This document shows positions 41,658-51,532 of a stretch of 64,000 nt of DNA, one piece after another; position 1 is the stretch's first letter; the number at the start of each line of letters is the position of its first letter. Source of the stretch: an uncultured Verrucomicrobiae bacterium. GTDB lineage: Bacteria > Verrucomicrobiota > Verrucomicrobiia > Chthoniobacterales > JAFAMB01. The DNA lies in NCBI GenBank assembly GCA_963762565.1, contig CAVXLD010000004.1, positions 32,001 to 96,000 of the forward strand, given 5' to 3'. The position numbers and the translations under genes are program-made. Under the pieces are notes generated by a model. That model searched no databases and was not told where the DNA came from. It was given only the letters and a program-made list of their open reading frames with translations.

Positions 41658-42092
41658 TCAAACTGTGTTTTCCACCGATGCCAAGCGTTCTTCGGACAGA
41701 GACAACGGCTTCACCACTTGACGAATTGCTTTAAACAGGTCTTGGGGCGTAAACGGTTTCGGCAAATACGTTACCCCAGATTGTTCCAGCTCCTGTTCCA
41801 GACCCGAATCGCGCACACCCGTAATCACGACTATCCCGGTGCGCCAGTCATGGATGTCCTCAAAAGCCCTTATCTGGCGCAGAAGAGAAAACCCGTCTTG
41901 CGCTGGCATGATGAGGTCAAGCAAGACGGCATGAGGGCGCACTTGCCCTATGGCTTGCATGCCCTCAGCCGCATCCTCGCAAAGTGTTACCGACGCCCCG
42001 AAATGGGTTACGCAGCGTCCGACAACCGTTCGAATCATCGGATCATCATCCACAACTACAATCTTCAGAGATGCTAAACTGCCGGGTAACAT
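41658..42092 (-). CDS. Single-domain response regulator (receiver)
   Basis: VVDDD, LLDLIMP, VITG, LPKPF. Confidence 0.9.
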   Translation of the reverse strand: MLPGSLASLKIVVVDDDPMIRTVVGRCVTHFGASVTLCEDAAEGMQAIGQVRPHAVLLDLIMPAQDGFSLLRQIRAFEDIHDWRTGIVVITGVRDSGLEQELEQSGVTYLPKPFTPQDLFKAIRQVVKPLSLSEERLASVENTV

Positions 42093-42240
42093 ACCAATAG
42101 GGCGGTCACGCTTACCCGAAGCATTTCGCTCAACGGCAGAGAATTGCTCTTGGGGGTCGTCGCCAAGAAGTAGTGCACCTTGGCCATTTCCGGCAATCCA
42201 CTTTCCGAAATTCTACTGGAGTTTCCGCTTTACCGACGGG

Positions 42241-43095
42241 TCAGGCTACCGCCTCGCGCCACACTTGGTTCAGTAACGATCTGAGCCGAACCGCTTCTTC
42301 CCAACTGTTTGGCAGCTGTTCAAAGTTGTATCCTCCCTTAACCGGTCCCATCTCCGGCACCGCTATCATTGTTCGATCCTCACCCTTGTCCGAGCCCAAC
42401 CAGGCAGCCATCGTTGCCCGAACAAAAGGTAGCCATTCCATCAGTTCTTTGGTCAAACTCCCGTCCCCACGAGTTACCGGCACCTGACAATGATGCCCGT
42501 TGAATGGCCGAAAATGAAATTGCGTTGATCTGCGGATCAAATCCGGCCGGACCAGAAGACGTTCGATGTAACTCTCCGGACTCAAATGTTTCACCACCGA
42601 CAGATGAGAAAAATCCCAGGTCATCGGCAGCAGTCTCCCAGTTTTCCGGAAATAACCGTCGGCCAAGGCATAAGTTTTTTCCGGGGTCTCGGTGCAGGTA
42701 TCCCGGTGCACCTCAACGGCGGGTTCTATCTCGCCGATCCGGTCGGCTTTTTCCATCAACTGGAGGGTTAGACGCAAAGCCTCGTCTGCTGCAGTATCAT
42801 GGTCGGCAAGCTGGACATTGATATGCCGTGCACCGGCATCCTTTTGACTTTTTAGTAAGTCCGAAAACTTAGTCTCATCGCCCGACGCAAAATAGCCGAC
42901 AACTAGTAGCTGCCGCTTTTCCGCCTCTTGCGCATGCTTCGGTCCGAGCTGAGCCGTGAAACCATCGAAGCCGGCAGCTTTAACGGCATCGAGTCGCTCT
43001 TCCAACGACCAAGGCTTGGCCGCCGACGGATAATCGGTCAGCGACCACAAGTTGGCCACGTGATGGAGTTTCGGGGGCATCGTTTTTGGGTTCAT
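42241..43095 (-). CDS. Xylose isomerase-like TIM barrel protein
   Basis: AAGFDG, EVHRDTCTE, WDFSH, PEMGP..GY metal-ligand pattern. Confidence 0.7.
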   Translation of the reverse strand: MNPKTMPPKLHHVANLWSLTDYPSAAKPWSLEERLDAVKAAGFDGFTAQLGPKHAQEAEKRQLLVVGYFASGDETKFSDLLKSQKDAGARHINVQLADHDTAADEALRLTLQLMEKADRIGEIEPAVEVHRDTCTETPEKTYALADGYFRKTGRLLPMTWDFSHLSVVKHLSPESYIERLLVRPDLIRRSTQFHFRPFNGHHCQVPVTRGDGSLTKELMEWLPFVRATMAAWLGSDKGEDRTMIAVPEMGPVKGGYNFEQLPNSWEEAVRLRSLLNQVWREAVA

Positions 43096-43358
43096 CCGAT
43101 TTTTTTAAGGATAGTCAAGGGGGCAGAGGCAGGAGCTAGGAGGGGGCATGCGCTGGGCTTTGCGAACGGATAGGACCTATAGGACTGATGGGACTTATAG
43201 GGTCCGAATCATATAAGTCCTATTTTGTCGCAGGGCCCACCGCGGTCACACATCGCCCACCGCCATACGCCGGAACGCTCACCCCACCCCAACGCGCAAC
43301 AAAAAGGTTGCGCATCCCCAAATCCCGCTTACCCTAAAAAGCAACTAAATAGTTGCAT

Positions 43359-43811
43359 ATGTCTAACCGCATCGAAAAACAAATCGAACTCAACGCCCCG
43401 ATTTCCAGGGTTTGGCGGGCGCTGACTGACTACCGTGAATTTGGGGAATGGTTTCAGGTTAAATTGGAAGGGCCGTTCGTACCGGGCAAGACCTCTCGTG
43501 GCCATATCACTTATCCCGGCTATGAACATCTAAAATGGGAAGCCGTCGTACAAAAACTGGAACCTGAACGGCTTTTCTCGTTCACCTGGCATCCGTACGC
43601 TGTCGACCCTGACGCCGATTACTCCAAGGAGCCGTCAACCTTGGTCGAGTTCAGACTCGAGCCAAAAGATAACGGCACCGTGTTATATCTGACAGAATCC
43701 GGATTTGACGCGCTACCTAAGGACCGCCAATTCGAAGCCTTCAGGATGAACGAAGACGGTTGGACGGAGCAGATGAGCAATATCGAGAGTCATCTGAAGC
43801 AAAGGCCCTAA
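43359..43811 (+). CDS. SRPBCC (AHSA1-like) domain protein
   Basis: APISRVWRALTD..FGEWF, FSFTWHP, LTESGF, GWTEQ. Confidence 0.9.
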   Translation: MSNRIEKQIELNAPISRVWRALTDYREFGEWFQVKLEGPFVPGKTSRGHITYPGYEHLKWEAVVQKLEPERLFSFTWHPYAVDPDADYSKEPSTLVEFRLEPKDNGTVLYLTESGFDALPKDRQFEAFRMNEDGWTEQMSNIESHLKQRP

Positions 43812-43824
43812 GACGCCGCTAACT

Positions 43825-44166
43825 ATGAGTCGAAACATTAACCGCCGGGGCGGGCTTAAGATCCGAGCAGCAGCTTTTGCGGCATTAGGTGCGGAAGCCC
43901 GGTTGGTTTTGATTGAAAAACTGTCGACCGGAGCGCCACAGTCCATCTCTCGGCTTGCCGACGGATCGACACTGACCCGGCAGGCTATCACGAAACATCT
44001 TCGGGTGCTGGAAGAGGCTGGCGTGGTTAAGAGTATTCGCGTCGGACGGGAAAGTCTCTTCGAGTTCAGGTCAGAACCGCTGAAGGAGCTTCAGTCTTAT
44101 TTGGAGTGCGTCTCGAAACAATGGGACGATGTCCTGGCAAGACTAAAACGATTCGTGGAAAGCTAA
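43825..44166 (+). CDS. ArsR/SmtB family transcriptional regulator
   Basis: FAALG...TRQAITKHLRVLEEAG..GRE; common partner of SRPBCC genes. Confidence 0.9.
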   Translation: MSRNINRRGGLKIRAAAFAALGAEARLVLIEKLSTGAPQSISRLADGSTLTRQAITKHLRVLEEAGVVKSIRVGRESLFEFRSEPLKELQSYLECVSKQWDDVLARLKRFVES

Positions 44167-44474
44167 GCGTGCACAAGCCGCCCAGCGCCTGGAGGGGAGC
44201 CGCTTTGGCACGCGCCGGGCCGACCTTCCAAGTTCGCCTCAATATGATCCCGGCCTATGCGCAGAAAAGCAGGCGGCTCCCGGGAACTGACCCAGCGCCT
44301 GGGCAGCTCTATCGCTGGTGTCCACGCCCCCTACCACGGATTGAACCACAGCCTAATGCAACATCCTGGGTTATTCGCGGGAGCCGCCTGTTGCCACATC
44401 TCTCAGCCGGATTGTGCCCCGAAACGAAATGTCACGAGCTCGCGGGATACAGGCCAAAGCGGCTCCCCTCCAAG

Positions 44475-45287
44475 CTATTCGCGAAGCGCTGGTAATCCCC
44501 AACGCAGCTTGAGCTCCTCATATTCGCTAATAGGGAGCTGCACGATCAGCGGCCCCTTCTTTGGGTCGAGCCAGCGCAATAGACGAAATAGATGGTCATA
44601 ATCGGTAGCAGTGCATCCGGTGGTACCCGGATAACGCGGGTCCCATACATGAAGGAAGATGCAGGATCCAAATCCAGGAATCGCCGTGGGATTGTGCTCG
44701 ATCACTACGCCGAGGCGGTAACGCCCTCCGACCTGAAGCATCGATTCTGAACTCGTCCAATCCGGATGCTGAATTTTGGATCGATCCACGATCTGATTGT
44801 AGAATTTTGATTTTGGATCATCGACCGCTTCTGTGGATGCAGTGACCACGCGATAGGGTAACCGGAGAAATCGCACTTGCTCCGGAGTAGCGATCCCGAA
44901 CACGGGGCCGAACCGAAAGACCCCCGCCGGTGCTTTCAAATCCCCTTCCCGCTTTTGCGGTCCACCTGGTTCACCGTGGCCATGGAGACCGACGCCCCAA
45001 GCCAATCCATGCTGGCCGATTACCGCAGGGAAAGGCCGGCCATAAGGCCGCCAACGGTAGCCATCGCCAGTACTCCGCTCGTACAGCCGAATAGTAGCGT
45101 TTACGTCATCCCAACTCTTCGTCGTAACCGTTACCAGTTGCTCACAGGAAGCCAGTTCCCGGATAGCCTCCCTTAAATTTGGCGGTGAACCGGTGGCACT
45201 CCAGGGACACAACCAGAGCAAGCCCAAGATCCAACCGCAGATGGACGCAGATTTACGCAGATAGTATCGTCTTTGGTTACAGCTCAT
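44475..45287 (-). CDS. L,D-transpeptidase (YkuD) family exported protein
   Basis: KREGDLKAPAG, GSCIFLH...TTGC catalytic motif; signal peptide. Confidence 0.85.
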   Translation of the reverse strand: MSCNQRRYYLRKSASICGWILGLLWLCPWSATGSPPNLREAIRELASCEQLVTVTTKSWDDVNATIRLYERSTGDGYRWRPYGRPFPAVIGQHGLAWGVGLHGHGEPGGPQKREGDLKAPAGVFRFGPVFGIATPEQVRFLRLPYRVVTASTEAVDDPKSKFYNQIVDRSKIQHPDWTSSESMLQVGGRYRLGVVIEHNPTAIPGFGSCIFLHVWDPRYPGTTGCTATDYDHLFRLLRWLDPKKGPLIVQLPISEYEELKLRWGLPALRE

Positions 45288-45407
45288 TCATCAGCTGCCC
45301 GCTGCAGATTTATATAGGGCTTTATTTCTTTTGGGGGAAATTCCGTAAGCAAGCTTGCCGAAGTTCGATGTCGGCAAGCCTCTTGCATCGTGCTTTAAGA
45401 TATTTCC

Positions 45408-46403
45408 ATGGATTTCGTAGCCCTTGGCAACAGTGGACTCAAAGTCTCTCGGCTCTGCTTAGGCTGTATGAGTTACGGCAGTTCAAAAGCGCGGCCCTGG
45501 ATTCTTGATGAAGAAGCTGCCTTCCCCTTTTACCGTCAAGCAATCGATGCCGGCATCAACTTCTTTGACACCGCCGACTTATATTCCCAGGGCAAGAGTG
45601 AAGAGGTCCTCGGTCAGGCGTTGAAAAAGTTCGGCATACGCCGGGAAGAGGTCGTCATTGCGACGAAAGTGTTTTATCCAACGGGTACGACTCCCAACGA
45701 GCAAGGTACCTCCAAGAAACACGTCCGGCATGCGATCGACGCCAGCCTGAAACGTCTTGGTGTCGATTACGTCGATCTTTATCAAATCCATCGCTACGAC
45801 CCATCAACCCCGATGGAAGAAACATTGGAAGGGCTCTCCGATGTGATTAAGCGGGGAAAAGCATTATACATCGGCGCCTCCAGCATGTACGCCTGGGAAT
45901 TCGCCAAATTTCTATCTGCGGCTGACGCTAACAGTCTCCCCCGATTTATCTCGATGCAAAATCATTACAACCTGGTTTACCGCGAAGAGGAACGGGAAAT
46001 GATTCCGCTTTGCCGGGAAGAGAAAATCGGGGTTATCCCGTGGAGCCCATTAGCTCGCGGTTTCCTCGCCGGAAACCGCCCGCGTTCTGAAGAAGCCAAA
46101 CCTGGCGAAGGTGAAACCACACGGGGAAAAACTGACGCCACAGCACAGCGCTTCTATTACCAGGAAAGCCACTATCAGGTAGTCGATCGAGTCACGGATC
46201 TAGCCAAGAGACGGAGTGTTAGCAATGCCCAGGTTGCGTTGGCTTGGATGCTGCATAAGCCGGGCATCACTTCTCCTATTATCGGAGCCACTAAACGGCA
46301 CCATCTGGAAGAAGCAGTCAAAGCACTCGACGTCCACCTAAGCGAAGACGAGATCAACTATTTGGAGGCCCCCTATCAACCGCATCCGGTGCTGGGAATG
46401 TAA
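45408..46403 (+). CDS. Aldo/keto reductase (YajO-like), paralog of 37846-38829
   Basis: Same motifs, with long identical stretches such as YREEEREMIPLCREEK and YQPHPVLG. Confidence 0.93.
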   Translation: MDFVALGNSGLKVSRLCLGCMSYGSSKARPWILDEEAAFPFYRQAIDAGINFFDTADLYSQGKSEEVLGQALKKFGIRREEVVIATKVFYPTGTTPNEQGTSKKHVRHAIDASLKRLGVDYVDLYQIHRYDPSTPMEETLEGLSDVIKRGKALYIGASSMYAWEFAKFLSAADANSLPRFISMQNHYNLVYREEEREMIPLCREEKIGVIPWSPLARGFLAGNRPRSEEAKPGEGETTRGKTDATAQRFYYQESHYQVVDRVTDLAKRRSVSNAQVALAWMLHKPGITSPIIGATKRHHLEEAVKALDVHLSEDEINYLEAPYQPHPVLGM

Positions 46404-46439
46404 AGGAATCCCTACCCCAGCGCGATCCACCCCGAGACC

Positions 46440-46530
46440 GGAGGGGCGTTGCATTCCGCGCTGTAGTTCTATCGCTCGTCGGCACCTACTAAACATATCA
46501 GCCTCCACGCTCGGATAGACGCGACGCCCC
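46440..46530 (+). repeat. Left long-loop GGAG REP flanking the RAYT gene
   Basis: GGAG-GGGCGTTGC ... GCGACGCCCC; inverted copy at 47101-47189. Confidence 0.82.
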
Positions 46531-46539
46531 GGGAAAGCA

Positions 46540-47000
46540 TCACCACGACAGACGGACCATTTCTCCCTGGAACGGCCAATCATCCGGATGATCAACCAAG
46601 CCATGGCGTACCGGGTTCCACCGAACATAAATCCATTTGGACTCATAGGCGGCTGAACCAAGAAGTTGTCGGTCCAAAAACTTCGTTGCCAGATTGGCCG
46701 GTCCGCGTATCGCAACCACCGTCGAGTCACATAGCCTTTCCATTTGGCGACCCAATCGGGCAAAGAAACAAAGGAACTATCGTTTTCTCCGACAAACAGA
46801 TGAATATGCTCCGGCATGATAACGTAGCGACCAACCGGATAGTCATCATGAAAATGCCAGGCGTCTCGTAAGAGAGAGTGCATTTCGTCGCAGGCGAGGA
46901 TTTGTTTTCGGTTCTTCGTGCAGATTGTTAGGAGCAAGATGATCGCTTCGCGTTCCAGCGAAAGAAGATGAGGAGGGTGCTGTCTCGGGCGAGATATCAT
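46540..47000 (-). pseudogene. REP-associated tyrosine transposase (RAYT/TnpA-REP, HUH Y1), frameshifted near 46675
   Basis: LTICTKNR, YVIMPEHIH (HUH), KWKG, IWQRSFW in one frame; DR..., YVRWNPVRHGLV..PDDWP in the -1 frame. One base is missing at TTTTTGGAC. Confidence 0.88.
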
Positions 47001-47100
47001 AACTCCATATTATCAGGTTATGATAGTCTGACACTGTTTTTTCAGGTGCAAAAGATGGCGAACGTATCTCCTCCATCAACGCTTGGCGGGGTGGTTACCA

Positions 47101-47189
47101 GGGCGTCGCGTCTATCCAAACGTGCGAGCAGCAACGTTTACGGGCGTCGATAAACGTCAGAACTACAACGCGAAATGCAACGCCCCTCC
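47101..47189 (-). repeat. Right long-loop GGAG REP flanking the RAYT gene
   Basis: GGGCGTCGCGTCTATCC ... AGAACTACAACGCGAAATGCAACGCCCCTCC, patchy reverse complement of 46440-46530. Confidence 0.82.
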
Positions 47190-47271
47190 GATTGGGTATG
47201 ACAGCGCGCTCGTCGCTAATTCACCGCTCGATGTTTTGCCCGGTGCAAACTTCTCATTAATCAGCTTTCAT

Positions 47272-48249
47272 CTAAATTTCCCCAAGGCGAATACAAGCCG
47301 CAAACCGGTCCCCCTCTTTCTTGGCTAATTCCGGAACTTTGAGCTTACACGCCTCGATCGCGAAAGGACAACGCGGATGGAAACTGCAACCAGCCGGAGG
47401 ATTCAACGGAGAAGGCGGGTCGCCCTGCAAAATAATGCGCTGACGATGCCGCTCTAGTTGCGGGTTTGGAATTGGAACGGCGCTAACCAATGCCCGCGTA
47501 TACGGATGCAACGGGCGATCGACCACTTCACTGGCGGGCCCGACCTCAACCAGCTTACCCAGGTACATCACGGCGATCCGGTCAGAGATATATTTCACCA
47601 CCGAAATGTCATGGGAGATGAAGATCATGGTGAGCTCCATCTCACGGCATAGTTTCAAGATCAGATTCAAAATCTGGGATTGAATCGATACGTCGAGGGC
47701 TGACACCGGCTCGTCTGCAATCACCAGTTTCGGTTTTGGAGCTAAGGCGCGAGCGATGGCGATTCGTTGGCGTTGGCCTCCGGAGAACTCGTGCGGATAT
47801 CGAAGCATTTGATTTCCCGGTAAGCCGACCATTCCCATCAGCTCAGTCACCTTCGCTACCATCTCTTTGCGCCGATATTTGTTTCGCGTCCGGATCGCCT
47901 CCGACAAAGTATCGAATACTGTCATCCGAGGATTGAGAGACGCGTAAGGATCCTGAAAGATCATTTGAAAATCGACCCTGGCGGCGCGAACAGCGCGGAA
48001 ACTGAGGTGGGAGAGGCTCTTACCCTCTAGAAACACTTCGCCGTCGGTGCTGCGGAGAAGTTGCATAATCGTCCGTGCGAGCGTGGACTTGCCGCATCCG
48101 GATTCGCCAACCAATCCGAGAATTTCACCTTTTCGCAGCATGACGGTGACTCCGTCCACCGCTTTGACCGATCCGATTCGCCGCCGGGCAACGAGTCCCC
48201 GATAGATCGGAAAGTGAGTCTTCAGGTCTTGGAGATACAGGAACACCAT
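47272..48249 (-). CDS. oppF: Oligopeptide ABC transporter ATP-binding protein
   Basis: GESGCGKS, FQDPYASLNP, FSGGQRQR, HPYT, FHPRCP. Start overlaps the oppD stop (TAATG). Confidence 0.9.
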   Translation of the reverse strand: MVFLYLQDLKTHFPIYRGLVARRRIGSVKAVDGVTVMLRKGEILGLVGESGCGKSTLARTIMQLLRSTDGEVFLEGKSLSHLSFRAVRAARVDFQMIFQDPYASLNPRMTVFDTLSEAIRTRNKYRRKEMVAKVTELMGMVGLPGNQMLRYPHEFSGGQRQRIAIARALAPKPKLVIADEPVSALDVSIQSQILNLILKLCREMELTMIFISHDISVVKYISDRIAVMYLGKLVEVGPASEVVDRPLHPYTRALVSAVPIPNPQLERHRQRIILQGDPPSPLNPPAGCSFHPRCPFAIEACKLKVPELAKKEGDRFAACIRLGEI

Positions 48250-49259
48250 TATACGGCGGCTAGAACAGGCTTTAATCGCAGGTCGGTAACCTCGCCTCGG
48301 AGCACGCGAGAACATGAAGTGCTGTGACCCGGGGTCGGCTCTTCGAGAATAGTCGCAGTGTTCCGGCAAAGATCGGCTGCAAAGGGACAACGCGGAGCAA
48401 ACGCACATCCGGGCAGAACCCGGCTGAGATCTGGCGGAGCGCCCGGTATAGTAAATAGTGTTTCGCCTTTACGGTGCAGAGCCGGGATCGATTGTTGCAG
48501 AGCCGCGTTATAAGGGTGTAAAGGCATCCCAAAAATATCCTCAGTAAATCCCGATTCGGCCACTCGCCCGGCATACATAACATTTACTCGACGACAGAAC
48601 GAGGCCACCACCCCGAGATCATGAGTAACGAAGATTACTGCTGTTCCCAGGTCTTTCTGCCGTAGCCGGATCAGCTCAAGAATTTGCGCCTGAACCGTCA
48701 CATCGAGCGCTGTCGTAGGCTCGTCTGCAATTAGAATTTCGGGGCGGTTAATCAGGGCCATGGCGATCATGACCCGCTGCCGCATTCCTCCAGAGAATTG
48801 ATGCGGATAAAGATGAACTCTTCTGGCCGCGTCCTGAATCCCAACCTCTTCCAAACTGGTAATTGCCTTCTTCAATGCCTGCCGCCGGCTGATCTTTTCA
48901 TGAACTAACAGCGGTTCCATCAGCTGATCGGACACCCGAAGATAGGGATTTAACGAGGTCATCGGGTCCTGGAAAATCATCGAGATCCGTTTGCCGCGGA
49001 TCCGTCGAAGATCGCTACCGCGACAGTCTAGCAGATCGATTCCGGCAAACCTGGCAGTACCAGATTCGATGCGGCCCGGCGGCTGCGGGATCAGTCCAAG
49101 AATCGAATAACAAGTAACCGATTTGCCGGAGCCGGATTCTCCGACAATCCCTAGTGTCTCACCTTCATCAACAGAGAACGAAACTCCATCGACAGCCCGG
49201 ACCACACCGGCTCGGGTGTAAAACGAAGTCCGCAAATTTTCTACCTCAAGCAAAGGCAT
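48249..49259 (-). CDS. oppD: Oligopeptide ABC transporter ATP-binding protein
   Basis: [37 protein letters not shown]. Confidence 0.9.
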   Translation of the reverse strand: MPLLEVENLRTSFYTRAGVVRAVDGVSFSVDEGETLGIVGESGSGKSVTCYSILGLIPQPPGRIESGTARFAGIDLLDCRGSDLRRIRGKRISMIFQDPMTSLNPYLRVSDQLMEPLLVHEKISRRQALKKAITSLEEVGIQDAARRVHLYPHQFSGGMRQRVMIAMALINRPEILIADEPTTALDVTVQAQILELIRLRQKDLGTAVIFVTHDLGVVASFCRRVNVMYAGRVAESGFTEDIFGMPLHPYNAALQQSIPALHRKGETLFTIPGAPPDLSRVLPGCAFAPRCPFAADLCRNTATILEEPTPGHSTSCSRVLRGEVTDLRLKPVLAAV

Positions 49260-49261
49260 AG

Positions 49262-49489
49262 AAATTCACCACAGAAACACGGAGAAAAAACGGAACCGCA
49301 GATGGACGCAGATTTACGCAGATAAAGTGCAGTTTCTCCGCTTGGCTCATAGATTTTTAGATCGTTCCAGGCGAATAGCTAGATCGTTCGAACATTATGT
49401 TTCCGTTACTGATAAAAATAAAATGACGCAACCAGGAAACTCGGGGTTCGGTTTTTCTCCGCGTCCTCTGTGTCTCTGTGGTGAAATTC
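49262..49489. repeat. Nested palindromic repeat inside the opp operon
   Basis: AATTCACCACAGAAACACGGAGAAAAA ... TTTTTCTCCGCGTCCTCTGTGTCTCTGTGGTGAAATT with an inner AACCGCAGATGGACGCAGATTTACGCAGAT unit. Confidence 0.8.
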
Positions 49490-49500
49490 ATCATTCGCGG

Positions 49501-50580
49501 TTAGTCTTTGGCTGATTTGGGATCGAGAGCATCTCGCAGGCCGTCACCCAGGAAATTCAGCGAAAAGAGGGTTAAAGAAAAGAAAGCGGCAGGGATCCAT
49601 AGCAGCCATGGACTGGTCTCGATGGCGCTGGCGCCCTCGTTGATCAGGACACCCCAGGAACTCATCGGCGGTGGAACACCAAGACCCAGAAAACTTAGCA
49701 CCGCCTCCAGTAACATCACGTTCGGAACTGTTAAGGTGGCATAAATGATGATCGAACTGGCGACGTTTGGAATCAGATGGCGAAAGAGAATCCTCGGTCC
49801 GCTGAGACCCAAAGAAACGGCGGCTTCAACGAACTCCTGATGTTTGAGCGAAATTATCTGGCCGCGAACGATCCGCGCCATGGTCAGCCATTCTACAGCG
49901 CCGATGGCGACAAACAGTAGAATGAAATTGCGACCAAACATCACCATTAGAAGAATGACGATGACGGTGAATGGTAGAGCGTAAAAGATGTCAACGATCC
50001 GCATCATCAGGTTGTCGATTTTGCCGCCAACGAAGCCGGCAGTGGCGCCCCAAATGACACCAATTAGAACGGAAACGAGCGTGGCCGCGAACCCCACTGC
50101 CAACGAGATCCGGCCACCGATCAGCACCCGGGTTAGTAGATCGCGGCCCAACGAATCGGTGCCGAACAAATGCCGTTGCTGCGATGGTTTGTATCGGACG
50201 TTTCCAGCTGTATATTGTTCCCCGCTGGCCAGCTTTTCCGCGATGGCCTTTCGGTCTGCTCGCGGTAAGTCCACAAATTCGTCCTCGATGTTACTCAAGG
50301 CGAGGTTGTCCTGCTTCAGTGCGCCATTCTTTAAGGTTTCGATCCGCGAGATAATCTTATCTAGCGGCGGGCTGACCTTTAGGGGTAGATCCGTATCTTC
50401 GTACCGGTAACCGGTGAAGAAAGGGCCGAGCAAACAGATGCCGGTCATGAACAGGAAAAAACCGAGACCGAACAACGCTAAGTGATTCTTCTTTAAACGG
50501 AACCACGCGTCGCTCCAGAGCGAAGAGCCATGAACCAGCTCGATCTCCGGCTGCGCAGTGGTGGTTAGTGCGATAGACAT
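49501..50580 (-). CDS. oppC: Oligopeptide ABC transporter permease
   Basis: SLWSDAW, HLFGTDSLGRD, EFVEAA..LG, SFLGLG, GDGLRDALDP. Confidence 0.9.
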   Translation of the reverse strand: MSIALTTTAQPEIELVHGSSLWSDAWFRLKKNHLALFGLGFFLFMTGICLLGPFFTGYRYEDTDLPLKVSPPLDKIISRIETLKNGALKQDNLALSNIEDEFVDLPRADRKAIAEKLASGEQYTAGNVRYKPSQQRHLFGTDSLGRDLLTRVLIGGRISLAVGFAATLVSVLIGVIWGATAGFVGGKIDNLMMRIVDIFYALPFTVIVILLMVMFGRNFILLFVAIGAVEWLTMARIVRGQIISLKHQEFVEAAVSLGLSGPRILFRHLIPNVASSIIIYATLTVPNVMLLEAVLSFLGLGVPPPMSSWGVLINEGASAIETSPWLLWIPAAFFSLTLFSLNFLGDGLRDALDPKSAKD

Positions 50581-50589
50581 TCTGTCGTT

Positions 50590-51519
50590 TTAACGGCGAG
50601 CGCGAGGGTCCATGGCCAATTGCAGCACGTCCGAGACCAAATTGAAGAAAACGATCAATGCCCCGTAGAAAACCACGGTGCCAAAAATCAAAGGATAATC
50701 GCGATTAAAAACCGATTTGATAAATTCCTGACCTAACCCCGGGACATTGAAAACTTTTTCGACGACAAAGGAGCCGGTAATCAGTCCGGCAAAAGCCGGT
50801 CCCAGAAAAGAGACCACCGGCATAAGCCCCCCTCTCATGGTATGTTTGAAAATGATTTGGTAGGTGGGAACGCCTTTTGCCCGAGCCGTTCGGATGAAGT
50901 CCTGATTAAGAATGTCGAGCATCCCCCCACGGGTCAGCCTGGCAATGTAAGCAGCGTAGAACAACCCGAGCGTAACCGCCGGCAGCACCAGGGGAGGGAG
51001 CGGCGTATAATCCAAACCATACCAGCCGCTGACGGGCGCCAGGTTTAGATTCAAGCCGAAAAACAGAGCCAGGATCGGCCCCATCACAAAAGTAGGAACG
51101 CAAATCCCGGCCATAGCCAACGTCATTGGCAAATAATCAAGCCATTTGTTCTTATTCATCGCCGCGATGGTCCCAGCGGTGATCCCGATAACGAGCGCGA
51201 TACCCAATGCCAGGGTCCCGATTTGCAGTGAAATCGGAAATGCTCGGGCGATCACCTCGTTGACCGTCTCCGTCTGATAGCTGTAAGAAGGGCCGAAATC
51301 CAAGCGCACGACTTTCTGAATATAACCGAGGTATTGCTGCCAGAGCGGTTTATCCAGACCGTAATACTCGTTAAGCCTTTGGATAACCTCGGGAGTCGCT
51401 TGGCGCTCTGCGCTGAACGGGCCACCCGGAGCCGCTTTTGATAGGAAGAAAGTCAGCGTCAGCAGGATCCAAAGCACCGGAATCAACTGCAACAAACGCC
51501 CGATGATAATTTTGATCAT
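50590..51519 (-). CDS. oppB: Oligopeptide ABC transporter permease
   Basis: APGGPF, YGLDKP, DFGPSY, FIRTARAKG, DPR. Start at ATG 51519. Confidence 0.9.
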   Translation of the reverse strand: MIKIIIGRLLQLIPVLWILLTLTFFLSKAAPGGPFSAERQATPEVIQRLNEYYGLDKPLWQQYLGYIQKVVRLDFGPSYSYQTETVNEVIARAFPISLQIGTLALGIALVIGITAGTIAAMNKNKWLDYLPMTLAMAGICVPTFVMGPILALFFGLNLNLAPVSGWYGLDYTPLPPLVLPAVTLGLFYAAYIARLTRGGMLDILNQDFIRTARAKGVPTYQIIFKHTMRGGLMPVVSFLGPAFAGLITGSFVVEKVFNVPGLGQEFIKSVFNRDYPLIFGTVVFYGALIVFFNLVSDVLQLAMDPRARR

Positions 51520-51532
51520 GTGGCAGGAACCT

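Noticed and set aside
46338..47000. Intact 220-aa protein from the ORF track
   Set aside because: The C-terminal half after WQRSFW is out-of-frame read-through; the true RAYT C-terminus is in the other frame, ending at 46540.
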